Positions 41,543-51,194 of a stretch of DNA of 64,000 nt are shown in pieces; the stretch's first letter is position 1; every line of letters begins with the position of its first letter. Position numbers and translations under genes: made by a program. The notes below the pieces were generated by a model. That model searched no databases, was not told where the DNA came from, and was given only the letters and a program-made list of their open reading frames with translations. Source of the DNA: Nitrospira lenta (lineage in GTDB: Bacteria; Nitrospirota; Nitrospiria; Nitrospirales; Nitrospiraceae); NCBI GenBank assembly GCA_945905765.1, contig CAMDPZ010000002.1:3123-67122 (forward strand), given 5' to 3'.

Positions 41543-42994
41543 ATGCTCTCGCTCTACAACACGCTGACCGGAAAGAAAGAGCCGTTCCATCCGCTTCAGC
41601 CGAAGCACGTCAGGATGTATGTCTGCGGCGTGACCGTCTACGACTATTGCCATATTGGCCATGCGCGGAGCGCACTCGTGTTCGATGTGCTCCGGCGCTA
41701 TCTGGAGTTCAGCGGCTACGAGGTTGAATTCGTCAAGAACTTCACCGATGTGGATGACAAGATCATCAAGCGGGCGAATGAGCGGGGCGTCTCCTGCGAG
41801 ACGATTACGGCAGAGTTTATCGAAGCCTACTACCAGGACATGGGAAAGCTCGGAGTCAGGCGGGCGACGAATGAGCCGAAAGCCACAGAACATATGGCCG
41901 AGATCATCGAGCTGGTTAAGACGCTGATTCAGAAGGGCCTTGCCTATCCAGTAGCGGGGGATGTCTATTTCCAAGTCGAAAAATATCGGGACTATGGGCG
42001 CCTCTCGAAACGGAAGCTCGAAGATCTGCAGGCTGGCGCGCGAGTGGATGTGGATGAACGGAAGCGCCATCCGATGGATTTCGCGCTCTGGAAGAGCAGC
42101 AAGCCCGGTGAGCCGTCCTGGGAGAGTCCCTGGGGGCCAGGGCGTCCCGGCTGGCATATCGAATGTTCCGCCATGGCAATGCGCCATTTGGGCGAGACCT
42201 TCGATATTCACGGGGGGGGGATGGATCTCATTTTTCCCCATCATGAGAATGAAATCGCCCAGTCCTGCGGCGCCACCGGGAAAGAATTTGCGCGCTACTG
42301 GATCCATAACGGATTTGTGCAGATCAATCAGGAGAAGATGTCCAAGTCCCTGGGGAACTTCTTCACGATCCGCGAGATCTTTGAAAAGTCTGAGTGGCCG
42401 GAGGATATTACCGGAGAGATGCTGCGGTATTTTCTGCTCGCGACCCAATATCGAGGCCCGCTCGATTTTTCCGATCACGCGATCAAGGAAGCTAAGCAGG
42501 CCTTGGACGGATTCTACGATCTCTTTCAGCGCTTGCAGGAGGCGGGAGATCGTGCCGCGGGTGAGTCGGAGTTGGCTCCTGCGATCGATCGCGCACAGGA
42601 GGCATTCCGGCAGGCGATGGACGACGATGTCAATACGCCCATGGCGATGGCTGCGCTTCAAAAGCTCCGCAGTGATGTGAATAAGTTTCTGGAGCAGGGC
42701 CTTTCGACCGAGGGACGGAAGTTGGCCAGTACGGCTTTCCGGTCGCTGGGAGCCGTGCTCGGCCTGTTTCAATTGGAGACATGGCAGTTTAAACTTGCAG
42801 CAGGTGTTTCATCGGACAGGGACGGCTCGCAGGCTGTTCTGGCGGACCATGACATAGAAAGTAAGTTGGTTGAACGAAATGAAGCCAGGAAACAGAAAGA
42901 TTTCAAGAAGGCCGACGAGATTCGTCAGTTCCTCGCCTCCCGCGGTATCGTCATTGAAGATAAGCCCGACGGCACCAGTCGCTGGAAGCGATAG
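41543..42994 (+). CDS. cysS: cysteinyl-tRNA synthetase
   Basis: HIGH-type motif CHIGHARS, KMSKS motif KMSKSLGN, Zn/Cys-binding GWHIECS. Confidence 0.97.
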   Translation: MLSLYNTLTGKKEPFHPLQPKHVRMYVCGVTVYDYCHIGHARSALVFDVLRRYLEFSGYEVEFVKNFTDVDDKIIKRANERGVSCETITAEFIEAYYQDMGKLGVRRATNEPKATEHMAEIIELVKTLIQKGLAYPVAGDVYFQVEKYRDYGRLSKRKLEDLQAGARVDVDERKRHPMDFALWKSSKPGEPSWESPWGPGRPGWHIECSAMAMRHLGETFDIHGGGMDLIFPHHENEIAQSCGATGKEFARYWIHNGFVQINQEKMSKSLGNFFTIREIFEKSEWPEDITGEMLRYFLLATQYRGPLDFSDHAIKEAKQALDGFYDLFQRLQEAGDRAAGESELAPAIDRAQEAFRQAMDDDVNTPMAMAALQKLRSDVNKFLEQGLSTEGRKLASTAFRSLGAVLGLFQLETWQFKLAAGVSSDRDGSQAVLADHDIESKLVERNEARKQKDFKKADEIRQFLASRGIVIEDKPDGTSRWKR

Positions 42995-43760
42995 CCCTCC
43001 GGATCTGATCTACGGGCTGCATGCGGTGCGCGAAGCGTTGCGCGCCGGCACGCGGCCATTGCAGCGGCTGATCCTGATGCGAACCGATCGGCAATTTGCC
43101 GATCTCGTGCAGCTGGCGAAGGTTAAGCGAGTTCCCGTTCATATCGAGCCCCCTCCGGCCTTTGCGCGATTGGTGCCGACCGGGAATCATCAAGGCGTCA
43201 TCGCCTACATTGCGGCCAAGTCGTTCAGCACGACGGAGGATATCCTCGGCCTGGCGAAGACGCGAGGCGAGAAACCCTTCCTGGTGCTTCTCGACGGAGT
43301 CGAAGACCCTCACAATTTGGGCGCGGTCTTGCGGACGGCTGAAGCGGCCGGCGTCCATGGGGTCTTTATTCCGGAACGTCGCGCCGTCGGTCTGACGCCG
43401 GTGGTGGCAAAGGTCTCAGCCGGGGCGATCGATCACATCCATGTCGGCTGTGTGGCCAATCTGATCCGTCTGATCCAGGATTTGAAAGAGGAAGGCCTCT
43501 GGGTCTATGGCGTCGATCCGCAGGCGGAGAAGCTCCACACCGACATCGACATGACCGGACCGATTGCGCTGGTGTTGGGAGGAGAGGGAGAAGGGATTCG
43601 TCCCGGTGTGCTGGGGGCTTGCGACGACCGGATCAGAATTCCGATGTTGGGGAAGGTGCAGTCGCTCAATGTCTCGGCTGCCGCAGCCGTTACTTTGTTC
43701 GAAGCGGTCCGCCAGCGCCGCAGAATCGCAGCGCCGGCGGTGAAGCCTACCGAATCTTGA
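42954..43760 (+). CDS. rlmB: SpoU/TrmH-family rRNA 2'-O-methyltransferase (RlmB-like)
   Basis: IYGLHAVREAL..., LDGVEDPHNLGAVLRTAEAAG, IPMLGKVQSLNVSAAAAV. The start is unresolved: TTG at 42954 is a guess, and the track start at 42870 would overlap cysS by 125 nt. Confidence 0.8.
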   Translation: MKISPTAPVAGSDSPPDLIYGLHAVREALRAGTRPLQRLILMRTDRQFADLVQLAKVKRVPVHIEPPPAFARLVPTGNHQGVIAYIAAKSFSTTEDILGLAKTRGEKPFLVLLDGVEDPHNLGAVLRTAEAAGVHGVFIPERRAVGLTPVVAKVSAGAIDHIHVGCVANLIRLIQDLKEEGLWVYGVDPQAEKLHTDIDMTGPIALVLGGEGEGIRPGVLGACDDRIRIPMLGKVQSLNVSAAAAVTLFEAVRQRRRIAAPAVKPTES

Positions 43761-44061
43761 TCGTTCCGTCCTGGATTGCCGTCTTCAGCAGCTGAGCGGT
43801 GTTCGACACCCGCATCTTTTTCATCATATTGGCCCGATGCGCCTCGACGGTCTTGACGCTGATCTTGAGCCTCTCTCCGACTTCCTTATTCTTAAACCCG
43901 GCCCAGATCAGTTCGAGGATCTCCTGCTCCCGGCTCGTCAGCGATTCAGGCCGCTTCTTGCGGGGTGGCGGAGCGACATTCGTCCAGGAAGGGCTGGCTT
44001 TCGTTTTGGCTTTGGCTTTTATTTTCGGCTTCGGTTTTGTAGTCGGTGCAGTTCGTGCCAT
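43747..44061 (-). CDS. small LuxR/FixJ-type HTH protein with a Lys/Pro-rich N-terminal tail and no receiver or ligand domain
   Basis: LTSREQEILELIWAGFKNKEVGERLKISVKTVEAHRANMMKKM. The N-terminus is TTKPKPKIKAKAKTKA. Confidence 0.75.
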   Translation of the reverse strand: MARTAPTTKPKPKIKAKAKTKASPSWTNVAPPPRKKRPESLTSREQEILELIWAGFKNKEVGERLKISVKTVEAHRANMMKKMRVSNTAQLLKTAIQDGTIKIR

Positions 44062-44074
44062 TATTGCATTCTCC

Positions 44075-44102
44075 TTTGACGGGCGACATATTGCCGTATA
44101 AT
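44075..44102 (+). promoter_or_regulatory. sigma-70-like promoter upstream of pilD
   Basis: TTTGAC/TTGACG at 44075-44081, a 15-16-nt spacer, then a perfect TATAAT at 44097-44102. Confidence 0.4.
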
Positions 44103-44277
44103 AAACTTACTGGAATACCTCGCAAGGACAAACCCTTGCCAAGCACACGAGAATTATAAGGGACGCTTGCCATGGAAGTAAACCGCAGGATATTGGCCCT
44201 AGCACAACTACCTAGTAGTGTTTATTTTGAATGTGCGGTAAGTGAATCATCGTGGGCGGTGTTCGGTGGTTGAGCCG

Positions 44278-45063
44278 ATGCTGCCGGCATGGTTTATTTA
44301 TTCTGCGACCGGAGTCCTCGGCGCGCTGATCGGCAGTTTTCTGAATGTCTGTATCTTCAGGTTGCCGCGAGGCGAATCGATTGCCTGGCCCGGTTCCCAT
44401 TGCCCTTCCTGCGCTCATTCCATCGAGTCCTACGATAATATTCCGCTGGTGAGCTATCTGTGGCTTGGGGGACGCTGCCGGTCTTGCCGCGCGCCAATTT
44501 CAGTGAGGTATCCCCTTGTTGAGGCGGCCAATGCGCTGGGCTATCTCACCATTGTCTGGTTCTTCGGGCCCGGTTGGACAGCGGCCCTCTATGCTTTGTT
44601 GTTTTCAGCGCTGGTCGTGGTGACGGGGACCGATCTTTCCCATAAAATTATTCCCAACGTCATTACTGTGCCGGGAACGGTGATCGGACTTCTTGGAGCA
44701 GCCACGGTGTTGCCGGTGGGTTTGCTCAATGCGGTGCTGGGTATGACGATTGGAAGCGGCATCCTCTGGCTCCTGGCCTGGGTGAGCCCCTATGTCTTCG
44801 GTAAGGAGGGAATGGGAGGTGGCGACATAAAACTCCTGGCTATGATCGGTGTATTTCTCGGCTGGAAGCCTGCCTTGCTGACGATCATGATCGGTTCGCT
44901 CGCTGGCTCCGTCATCGGCATCAGCTTAATAGCGTTACGCATTATGAAACGTGACGACTATATCCCCTTCGGCCCATTTCTCGTGTTGGGCGCCCTTCTC
45001 TCTATGTTTTTTGCCCAGCCGCTTTTCGATTGGTATCAAATCCTCCTCGGGCCTGGTTACTAA
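44278..45063 (+). CDS. pilD: prepilin peptidase / N-methyltransferase (A24 family)
   Basis: CPSCAHSI...CRSCRAPIS zinc cluster. Active-site Asp contexts VVVTGTDLSHKIIP and GGGDIKLLAMIG. GTG at 44242 is an alternative start. Confidence 0.92.
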   Translation: MLPAWFIYSATGVLGALIGSFLNVCIFRLPRGESIAWPGSHCPSCAHSIESYDNIPLVSYLWLGGRCRSCRAPISVRYPLVEAANALGYLTIVWFFGPGWTAALYALLFSALVVVTGTDLSHKIIPNVITVPGTVIGLLGAATVLPVGLLNAVLGMTIGSGILWLLAWVSPYVFGKEGMGGGDIKLLAMIGVFLGWKPALLTIMIGSLAGSVIGISLIALRIMKRDDYIPFGPFLVLGALLSMFFAQPLFDWYQILLGPGY

Positions 45064-45305
45064 CCAATACTGCCCCCTGTATCCCTTCAGAGGAAGTGCT
45101 GTATCTAAACAGCAGAGCCTTTCTTTAGGGCTCCGCTGTCCTATTTCTTTATGATTTTTCGCGACCGCGAGAAACCTTGCGGACTTGCGGCTCATTTCTC
45201 ATTCATTCCGGACGAGCGCTATTGCGTTTGGATGCCGGTCCGCTCGGGCATGGGTCTTGGAGTTCTGCGCATTCCTGTAAGTGGAATTTTTCTGTGAGCG
45301 GGATC

Positions 45306-45755
45306 ATGGCGAAAAAATTACAGAACGGGGAGCAAGGTTGGAGTTTGACGGAGCTCCTCATCGTGTTGGCGATTACGGGCATGCTGGCTGCCCTGGCTGG
45401 GCCGAGTTATCAGGCCATGACGGCCAGGGTTCAGGCGCGGAGCGTCACTGTCGAAATTGCGTCGGAGCTCCGGCTGGCCAGACAATTGGCGATGGCTAGG
45501 CGAGAGCGTATGCGGGTCGTATTCGATCGCGCGAGTCGCACCATTACACTTCAACGTGCTGATGCCGAGGGCCTTCTTCATGTCTATCAGTATGGCGAGA
45601 CGGGAGTGGTGGTGGAGGAGCCAACCGCCGGGCCCGAGCTCCTGTTTCAGCCCAGTGGTCGGGTCGCGACCCCTGCCACCATTCGTGTGCGAGACAGGCA
45701 GGGGCGTGAAACGATATTCACCGTCAGCATCACGGGAAGAGTCTCTGTCTCATGA
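45306..45755 (+). CDS. GspH/FimT-like minor (pseudo)pilin
   Basis: Prepilin leader plus GWSLTELLIVLAITGMLAALAGPSY. Size about 150 aa. Confidence 0.75.
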   Translation: MAKKLQNGEQGWSLTELLIVLAITGMLAALAGPSYQAMTARVQARSVTVEIASELRLARQLAMARRERMRVVFDRASRTITLQRADAEGLLHVYQYGETGVVVEEPTAGPELLFQPSGRVATPATIRVRDRQGRETIFTVSITGRVSVS

Positions 45756-46243
45756 CGAGGGATCGGTGGCTTCAGACAGAGGGCGGGGCCAGTTTCGCCG
45801 AAGTGCTCGTGGCCCTGACGCTGACCTTGATCGGGTTGGCCGGGGCGATGGGATCCTTTCAGGCGGCCGAACGGAACCTCCGAAACGGGACCTGGGCGAC
45901 GCGAGCTCTGGCGATGGCGGAATCGCGGCTCGAAGCCAAGCGATCGGTGCGGTGGGATCGTCTCTTGCTGGACGATCTGAACCATGACGGTGTCACAGAT
46001 CTTGTCATGCGTGACGATGGAGCAGAGGGTGATGTGCTGGCTGGTGATGGAGTCTATTCTGGGAGGTGGGATCAGGATGGTATCCATCTCTTCTGGACCG
46101 TAACGCCAAGCCGGTCCGGTTCGCTGTCGGATTCAGGCCATGCGTTTCTCGAAGCACGCGCGGTCTATTCAGACGGTGCGGGTCAGCGTGAGGTGCGAGT
46201 CGGCATTCTGCGAGCCAATCCATCGTTCGTCGGACATCAATAA
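45752..46243 (+). CDS. PilV-like minor pilin
   Basis: GGASFAEVLVALTLTLIGLAGAM is a prepilin-type N-terminus. It overlaps the upstream stop by 4 nt. Confidence 0.65.
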   Translation: MTRDRWLQTEGGASFAEVLVALTLTLIGLAGAMGSFQAAERNLRNGTWATRALAMAESRLEAKRSVRWDRLLLDDLNHDGVTDLVMRDDGAEGDVLAGDGVYSGRWDQDGIHLFWTVTPSRSGSLSDSGHAFLEARAVYSDGAGQREVRVGILRANPSFVGHQ

Positions 46244-46279
46244 TAGGTTGCTGCTTGAAGCAGAGAGGATGTCGCTAGG

Positions 46280-47005
46280 ATGACGGACAAGAGGCATCGA
46301 TCAAGTAGGGCGGAGGCGGGGACGAGCCTGAACGAACTGTTGTTTGCCATGGCGGCTGGGCTGGTCATCCTCGGCGCTACGCTCCAGGGTTTGTCCTATT
46401 TCCAGCAACAGTTTCTGACGCAACAGCGTGGGGTCGCGCAGCAGCAAGATCTTCGCCTCGGACTGGAAGTGCTTGAGCAGGAGTTACGGCTTGCAGGGCC
46501 CGGTTCTTTCGCCATGATAGCGCAGGACTCAGTGGATTTTTCCGCGAACCTGCAGGGCCTCTCGACCACGGTCACAGCAGCGATCGGGATCGGCCAAACG
46601 GCTTTGCCGGTCGAAGATGGGCGGGGGTGGGATAGCAGAAAAACTGTGGCTGTCTGTTGGATGGATCGTTGCGAGGGGCTCACGCTGGCCCGTGATGGGC
46701 AGCGGCATGTGCTGACGGTGACGCAGCCTCTGACTCAGGCGATTCCAGCCGGAGCCAATGTGTCCCTTCAAAATCGTATCCGCTACTACAGCCGCCGCGA
46801 TGACCATGGGATTTTGAGGTTGATGCGGCAGGTGGATGGTGGCGCTGGTGTGTTGGTGGGGGATATCACGGAGGCGCGGTTTTCCTATTGGGATGAGCAG
46901 GGACAGGCCGCAACAGAGCCGGCGCTGGTGAAATTGGTTGTTGTCGAAGTGAGCCTGTCCGGGCAAGGGCCTCGCGCGATTCGAGCCATTAGTCTCCGGA
47001 CATAA
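46280..47005 (+). CDS. PilW-like minor pilin
   Basis: AGTSLNELLFAMAAGLVILGATLQGLSYF is a prepilin-type N-terminus. Size and gene order fit PilW. Confidence 0.6.
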   Translation: MTDKRHRSSRAEAGTSLNELLFAMAAGLVILGATLQGLSYFQQQFLTQQRGVAQQQDLRLGLEVLEQELRLAGPGSFAMIAQDSVDFSANLQGLSTTVTAAIGIGQTALPVEDGRGWDSRKTVAVCWMDRCEGLTLARDGQRHVLTVTQPLTQAIPAGANVSLQNRIRYYSRRDDHGILRLMRQVDGGAGVLVGDITEARFSYWDEQGQAATEPALVKLVVVEVSLSGQGPRAIRAISLRT

Positions 47006-47052
47006 CGGAGGCGTCTCCAATCAATGGGGTGGCTATGGGCGGGGGAGCAGGT

Positions 47053-48501
47053 ATGAGCCGGAGCGAGAAAGGTCATGTGCTTCTCGCGTCACTTATGCTG
47101 ATCGTTCTACTGGGCATCGCGAGTATGACGGCGTTGTATCTGGCCAGCCAGGATGGGTCTGGCGTCAGCGCCATGAAAGAGGACAAGGTGGCGCAACAGG
47201 TGGCTGACGCGGGAGCGGATTTTGTGATGAGCTGGTTCCACGATCCGGTTGCTGCGCCGGACTCGGTTGCCGGATTGCTCGTGAAGCGCCAGGGAGATTC
47301 CATCAGCGGGCCGTCGTTCTTCGATGGAGCAGGACGTTCGCAGTTCATCGGGACGGTTGATCGTCCCGATGTCTTCTTCGATGCGGCAAATCAAGCGGAC
47401 AATCAGGCGGTCAACGATTCGCCTGGCGGCTTCTCCCATGTCATGAGAGGACTTGGCCGCATCCTGAAGGTCAAAATGTATGGCCCGTTGCAGCCTGGCT
47501 TGCTGAGTACGGTCGAGGTGACGGCTACGACGTCCGATCGCAGATCTATCGCGCGAACGGTGCAGCTTCAGTTCGGAGCCGTGACGATTCCATCAGTTCG
47601 TGCGGCGGTGCAGGTTGGCCAGACTCTCGGAGCCAAGCAGGCCGGTGCTGAATCTCCGGTCCTGGCACATTGGGGAGATCTGAGAGTGATGGGGGATCTT
47701 TTGGTGAAGCGAGTCGAGGACTTGGTGGCGAAGAGTCATGCGGCTCCGGTCACTGGCCAATCCTATGGCGAGATGCTGTCTGCGCAGGATCGATGGAGCG
47801 ACTACTGGATCGGCGGTACGGTCTTCGTCACCTCTCCATCGCCCGGGCAGGAAGTGAGCGCTCCTCTCCCGTCGAATATCCATACGCATCAAGAGCCGAC
47901 GTCCGGTGTCCGGCTCGACCGATGGGACTATGAGCCGCTGAAGAAACTGGCGCGTCAAATCGGCCGCTACTATCGACTTGATGGTTTCGGGAGACTCCAT
48001 CCGCTTGGGGCGAAGGACTCTGAGCAGGGATTGGCACCGGCGGACGTTCTCGAGTCTCTCTCGGTCGGCAGCCATCAGGGGCTGGTGTTCATCGATACCC
48101 TCGACGGGGAGGCCCCGCGTCAAGACAATCTGGGCACGCTGGTGCTGGATACGGACTATTTCGAAGGGGTTCTTGTCGTGCAAGGTCATGTGGTGCTCAA
48201 GCCCCGTGGGAGCGGGAAATCTGTTCCGGCCTTGAGCCCAGCGCCGGAAGGGACGAATTCGTTGGGCGCGAGAGTGCCGGTGCAACTGTCCGGCATTCAC
48301 ATGAACGGAGTGCTCTGCGCCGCTGGCACTATCATGCTCGAACGGTCTACCCGTGCTTATGGCGCACTCATCGTAGGAAACACCGTGACGGCAGCTGGAG
48401 CGATGGTGGAGGTTTGGTACAACGCCGATCTGGCGCAGGGACTTTTCAAAGGACTTCCGGTCGTATACCGTGCGCCGGGAACGTGGCTGGCAAAATATTA
48501 G
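47053..48501 (+). CDS. PilX-N-domain protein (large, about 480 aa)
   Basis: MSRSEKGHVLLASLMLIVLLGIASMTALYLASQD is a PilX-type N-terminal helix. GTG at 47029 is an alternative start. Confidence 0.6.
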   Translation: MSRSEKGHVLLASLMLIVLLGIASMTALYLASQDGSGVSAMKEDKVAQQVADAGADFVMSWFHDPVAAPDSVAGLLVKRQGDSISGPSFFDGAGRSQFIGTVDRPDVFFDAANQADNQAVNDSPGGFSHVMRGLGRILKVKMYGPLQPGLLSTVEVTATTSDRRSIARTVQLQFGAVTIPSVRAAVQVGQTLGAKQAGAESPVLAHWGDLRVMGDLLVKRVEDLVAKSHAAPVTGQSYGEMLSAQDRWSDYWIGGTVFVTSPSPGQEVSAPLPSNIHTHQEPTSGVRLDRWDYEPLKKLARQIGRYYRLDGFGRLHPLGAKDSEQGLAPADVLESLSVGSHQGLVFIDTLDGEAPRQDNLGTLVLDTDYFEGVLVVQGHVVLKPRGSGKSVPALSPAPEGTNSLGARVPVQLSGIHMNGVLCAAGTIMLERSTRAYGALIVGNTVTAAGAMVEVWYNADLAQGLFKGLPVVYRAPGTWLAKY

Positions 48502-48522
48502 GCTGGTGGTGAGAGGTCTGGC

Positions 48523-50331
48523 ATGACCGTCGGGATCGATACTGTGAGCGGGAGAAGGGGCAGCGGGGCGGAGGGGAGTCGCGGAATCAAACCTTCTCGT
48601 ACGATCGAGCAGAACGTGCTGGACTGGCTGGTCTGTCGCGGCATCGTCAGCCAAGACGATGTGCTGGCGGCGCTCGACGACGCGAAAGCCGGCAGCCTCG
48701 ATCTCGAAACGCTGCTGCTTGACCGGTACCATGTGTCGAAGGACGGATTGGGTATGGCGTTGAGCGACTTCTATCAATGTCCCTATCTGCCGTATGACGA
48801 ACGAACGGTCATCGACACCGATCTGCTGAAAACGCTGAACTTCGATTATCTCAAGAAGAATCTCTGGCTGCCGATTGCGCGTCGGGGCTCGCTCATCGAT
48901 GTGCTGACCAGCGATCCGCACGATCTCGACAAGGGCTGGGACGTGCGGCGCACATTTCCCGGTATGACTATTCGCTATTCGGTGGGACTGCGCCGGGACA
49001 TTGAACAGTTCCTCCATCTGGCGACAGGGCAGGGCATAAGCGGATCTATCGGCGCCATCCTCGGTGAGTTGACCCATGACATTCCTGGTGAGCCCGTGGC
49101 CGAGTCCCTCTTCGGCGGGATCGACGAGAACGACTCAGCCATTGTGCGGTTGACGAATCAAGTGATTGTTGAAGCCGACCGCCTCGGCGCGTCGGACATT
49201 CACATCGAGCCCTATGCGGATCGGAAAGATGTGGCGGTGCGTCTGCGCGTCGACGGGACCTGTTTTACCTATATGAGGATCCCCGCAGCCTATCGGCGGG
49301 CCATCGTGTCGCGCATCAAGGTCATGGCCCATCTCGATATTGCGGAACGGCGTAAACCTCAAGACGGCAAGATCCGGTACCGGCTGCCGAAGGAGCGAGA
49401 GATTGAGCTTCGCGTCGCCACCCTGCCCACGTCGGGACAGGACGAAGATGTTGTGTTGCGCCTCCTTACAGCCAAGCAGCCGATGTCGCTTGAAGCGATG
49501 GAGTTCGCCCCATCCACGGTGCAGGCTATTCGAACCCTCGCGGAGAAGCCGCACGGGATCATCCTCTGCGTCGGACCGACCGGATCCGGCAAAACGACGA
49601 CCCTGCATGCCATCCTCAAACATATCAATACCGACGAACGGAAAATTTGGACGGCTGAAGATCCCATCGAGATCACTCAGGAGGGGCTCCGGCAGGTGCA
49701 GGTCCATCCGAAGATCGATCTGACCTTCGCGGCTGCGATGCGTTCGTTTTTGCGCGCCGATCCCGACGTTATCATGATCGGTGAGATGCGGGATAAGGAA
49801 ACGGCCGACATTGCCATCGAGGCCTCCCTCACGGGCCACTTGGTGCTGAGTACGCTCCATACGAACAGCGCCGTCGAGACGGTGATCCGCTTGCTGGATC
49901 TCGGCTGCGACCCCTTCAACTTTGCCGACGCGATGCTGGGAGTCCTCGCTCAGCGCCTCTGTAAACGGATTTGCAGCCAATGCAAGGAGGCCTATCATCC
50001 GAGCCGGCAGGAGTATGACGAACTGGTGCAGGGATATGGAGCGCAGGACTGGCCCAGGCTTGGCATCGAGTACCGACCTGATTGGAGTCTGTACCGTGGC
50101 CGAGGCTGCGAGTCCTGCAATCGAACCGGCTTCAAAGGGCGAGTGCCGATCCACGAACTCTTGATCGGCTCGGACGAGATGAGGAGCCGCATTCAGTCCA
50201 AGGCCCGCCCTGTCGAGATGCTGAGCCTGGCGATGCAGGAAGGCATGACCACCTTGGTTCAGGATGGTATTCGGAAGGTGTCCCAGGGCCTGACGACCTA
50301 TCGCCAGGTCCGTGCTGCCGCTATGAAATAA
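48523..50331 (+). CDS. pilB: GspE/PilB-family type IV pilus / type II secretion assembly ATPase
   Basis: GspE_N-type N-terminal domain, Walker A GPTGSGKTTT, Asp/His boxes, tetracysteine CKRICSQC...CESCNRTGFKGR. Confidence 0.9.
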   Translation: MTVGIDTVSGRRGSGAEGSRGIKPSRTIEQNVLDWLVCRGIVSQDDVLAALDDAKAGSLDLETLLLDRYHVSKDGLGMALSDFYQCPYLPYDERTVIDTDLLKTLNFDYLKKNLWLPIARRGSLIDVLTSDPHDLDKGWDVRRTFPGMTIRYSVGLRRDIEQFLHLATGQGISGSIGAILGELTHDIPGEPVAESLFGGIDENDSAIVRLTNQVIVEADRLGASDIHIEPYADRKDVAVRLRVDGTCFTYMRIPAAYRRAIVSRIKVMAHLDIAERRKPQDGKIRYRLPKEREIELRVATLPTSGQDEDVVLRLLTAKQPMSLEAMEFAPSTVQAIRTLAEKPHGIILCVGPTGSGKTTTLHAILKHINTDERKIWTAEDPIEITQEGLRQVQVHPKIDLTFAAAMRSFLRADPDVIMIGEMRDKETADIAIEASLTGHLVLSTLHTNSAVETVIRLLDLGCDPFNFADAMLGVLAQRLCKRICSQCKEAYHPSRQEYDELVQGYGAQDWPRLGIEYRPDWSLYRGRGCESCNRTGFKGRVPIHELLIGSDEMRSRIQSKARPVEMLSLAMQEGMTTLVQDGIRKVSQGLTTYRQVRAAAMK

Positions 50332-50513
50332 GCAGTCCCACCTACGCGTCATTCAAGTTCATCTCATTCCAGATCGCCAGCCTGTCCGTTGTCTCTCTCC
50401 ATAGGATGCCGGCCCGTGCACGAACGGCCTGTGTCGAGCGCCACTACTCAATAACCGCGTAGGTCACGCGAGAACCGAGCGCAACCGCCAGTCTCGCCGG
50501 ACGGCGATCGTTT

Positions 50514-50548
50514 GCGGTGGACAGAAAGCGTCCGGCGGTGGACGGAAA
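50514..50548 (+). promoter_or_regulatory. two direct 14-nt repeats, candidate enhancer-binding-protein (PilR-type) sites
   Basis: GCGGTGGACAGAAA (50514-50527) and GCGGTGGACGGAAA (50535-50548). Spacing is 21 nt centre to centre, about 85-115 nt upstream of the sigma-54-like element. Confidence 0.4.
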
Positions 50549-50628
50549 AACGGCCGAATCGCTTTTCGCCTATCGATAGGACGGCCTGCCAAAACAACCG
50601 GTTAAGAGCTGGAGTGCCATATTTCAGG

Positions 50629-50644
50629 CGGCATGCCCCTTGCT
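50629..50644 (+). promoter_or_regulatory. sigma-54 (-24/-12) type promoter upstream of the pilin gene
   Basis: cGGCAtG-cccc-TTGCt matches TGGCACG-N4-TTGCW with the exact GG-N10-GC spacing. Confidence 0.55.
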
Positions 50645-50713
50645 CACCATTACAGGCTTGCCATGTATAACTTTTCAATCCCAAAGCCGCTCCATGGGCC
50701 CAAGGCAAGCCTG

Positions 50714-51175
50714 GTGCGCCATGAGGCAGGCTTCACGCTTATCGAGATGATGATCGTCTGCGCGATCATCGGCATTAGTTCGGCGATCGCGGTGACGAAT
50801 TTTTCCGTCTGGCATGCGCAGTATCAATTGAAGCAGGCGGTGACGGAAATCCAAAGTCAGCTGAATATGTCCCGCATCGCTGCGATGAATCGAAACGCTG
50901 TGGTTACTGTGAATTTGACGTTGAGCGGCGGGCTCGTCGAACTTTCCGCGAGCGATGTCTCGGGCTCGGTTATTGGTTCGACCAAAATGATGGGGAGTGT
51001 GACAGGGCTGAATCCCGCACCGGCGGCCGTGGCGTTTTCTCCGCTTGGAATTAGATCGGGAGGGGGAGTCGGCAACCAGCAGATCGTCCTCTCGAATAAC
51101 CGCGGACTCTCCTATGCGGTGAGGATCACTCCGCGAGGGAAAATCACCTGGTGCCCCGATTCAACCTGTCCGTAA
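50714..51175 (+). CDS. pilA: type IV pilin (major-pilin candidate)
   Basis: GTG at 50714 gives the leader VRHEAG followed by FTLIEMMIVCAIIGISSAIAV (class III signal). The track ORF starts at 50633, and ATG at 50663 is another possible start. Confidence 0.8.
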   Translation: MRHEAGFTLIEMMIVCAIIGISSAIAVTNFSVWHAQYQLKQAVTEIQSQLNMSRIAAMNRNAVVTVNLTLSGGLVELSASDVSGSVIGSTKMMGSVTGLNPAPAAVAFSPLGIRSGGGVGNQQIVLSNNRGLSYAVRITPRGKITWCPDSTCP

Positions 51176-51194
51176 ATTTTACGATTGAGGCTGC

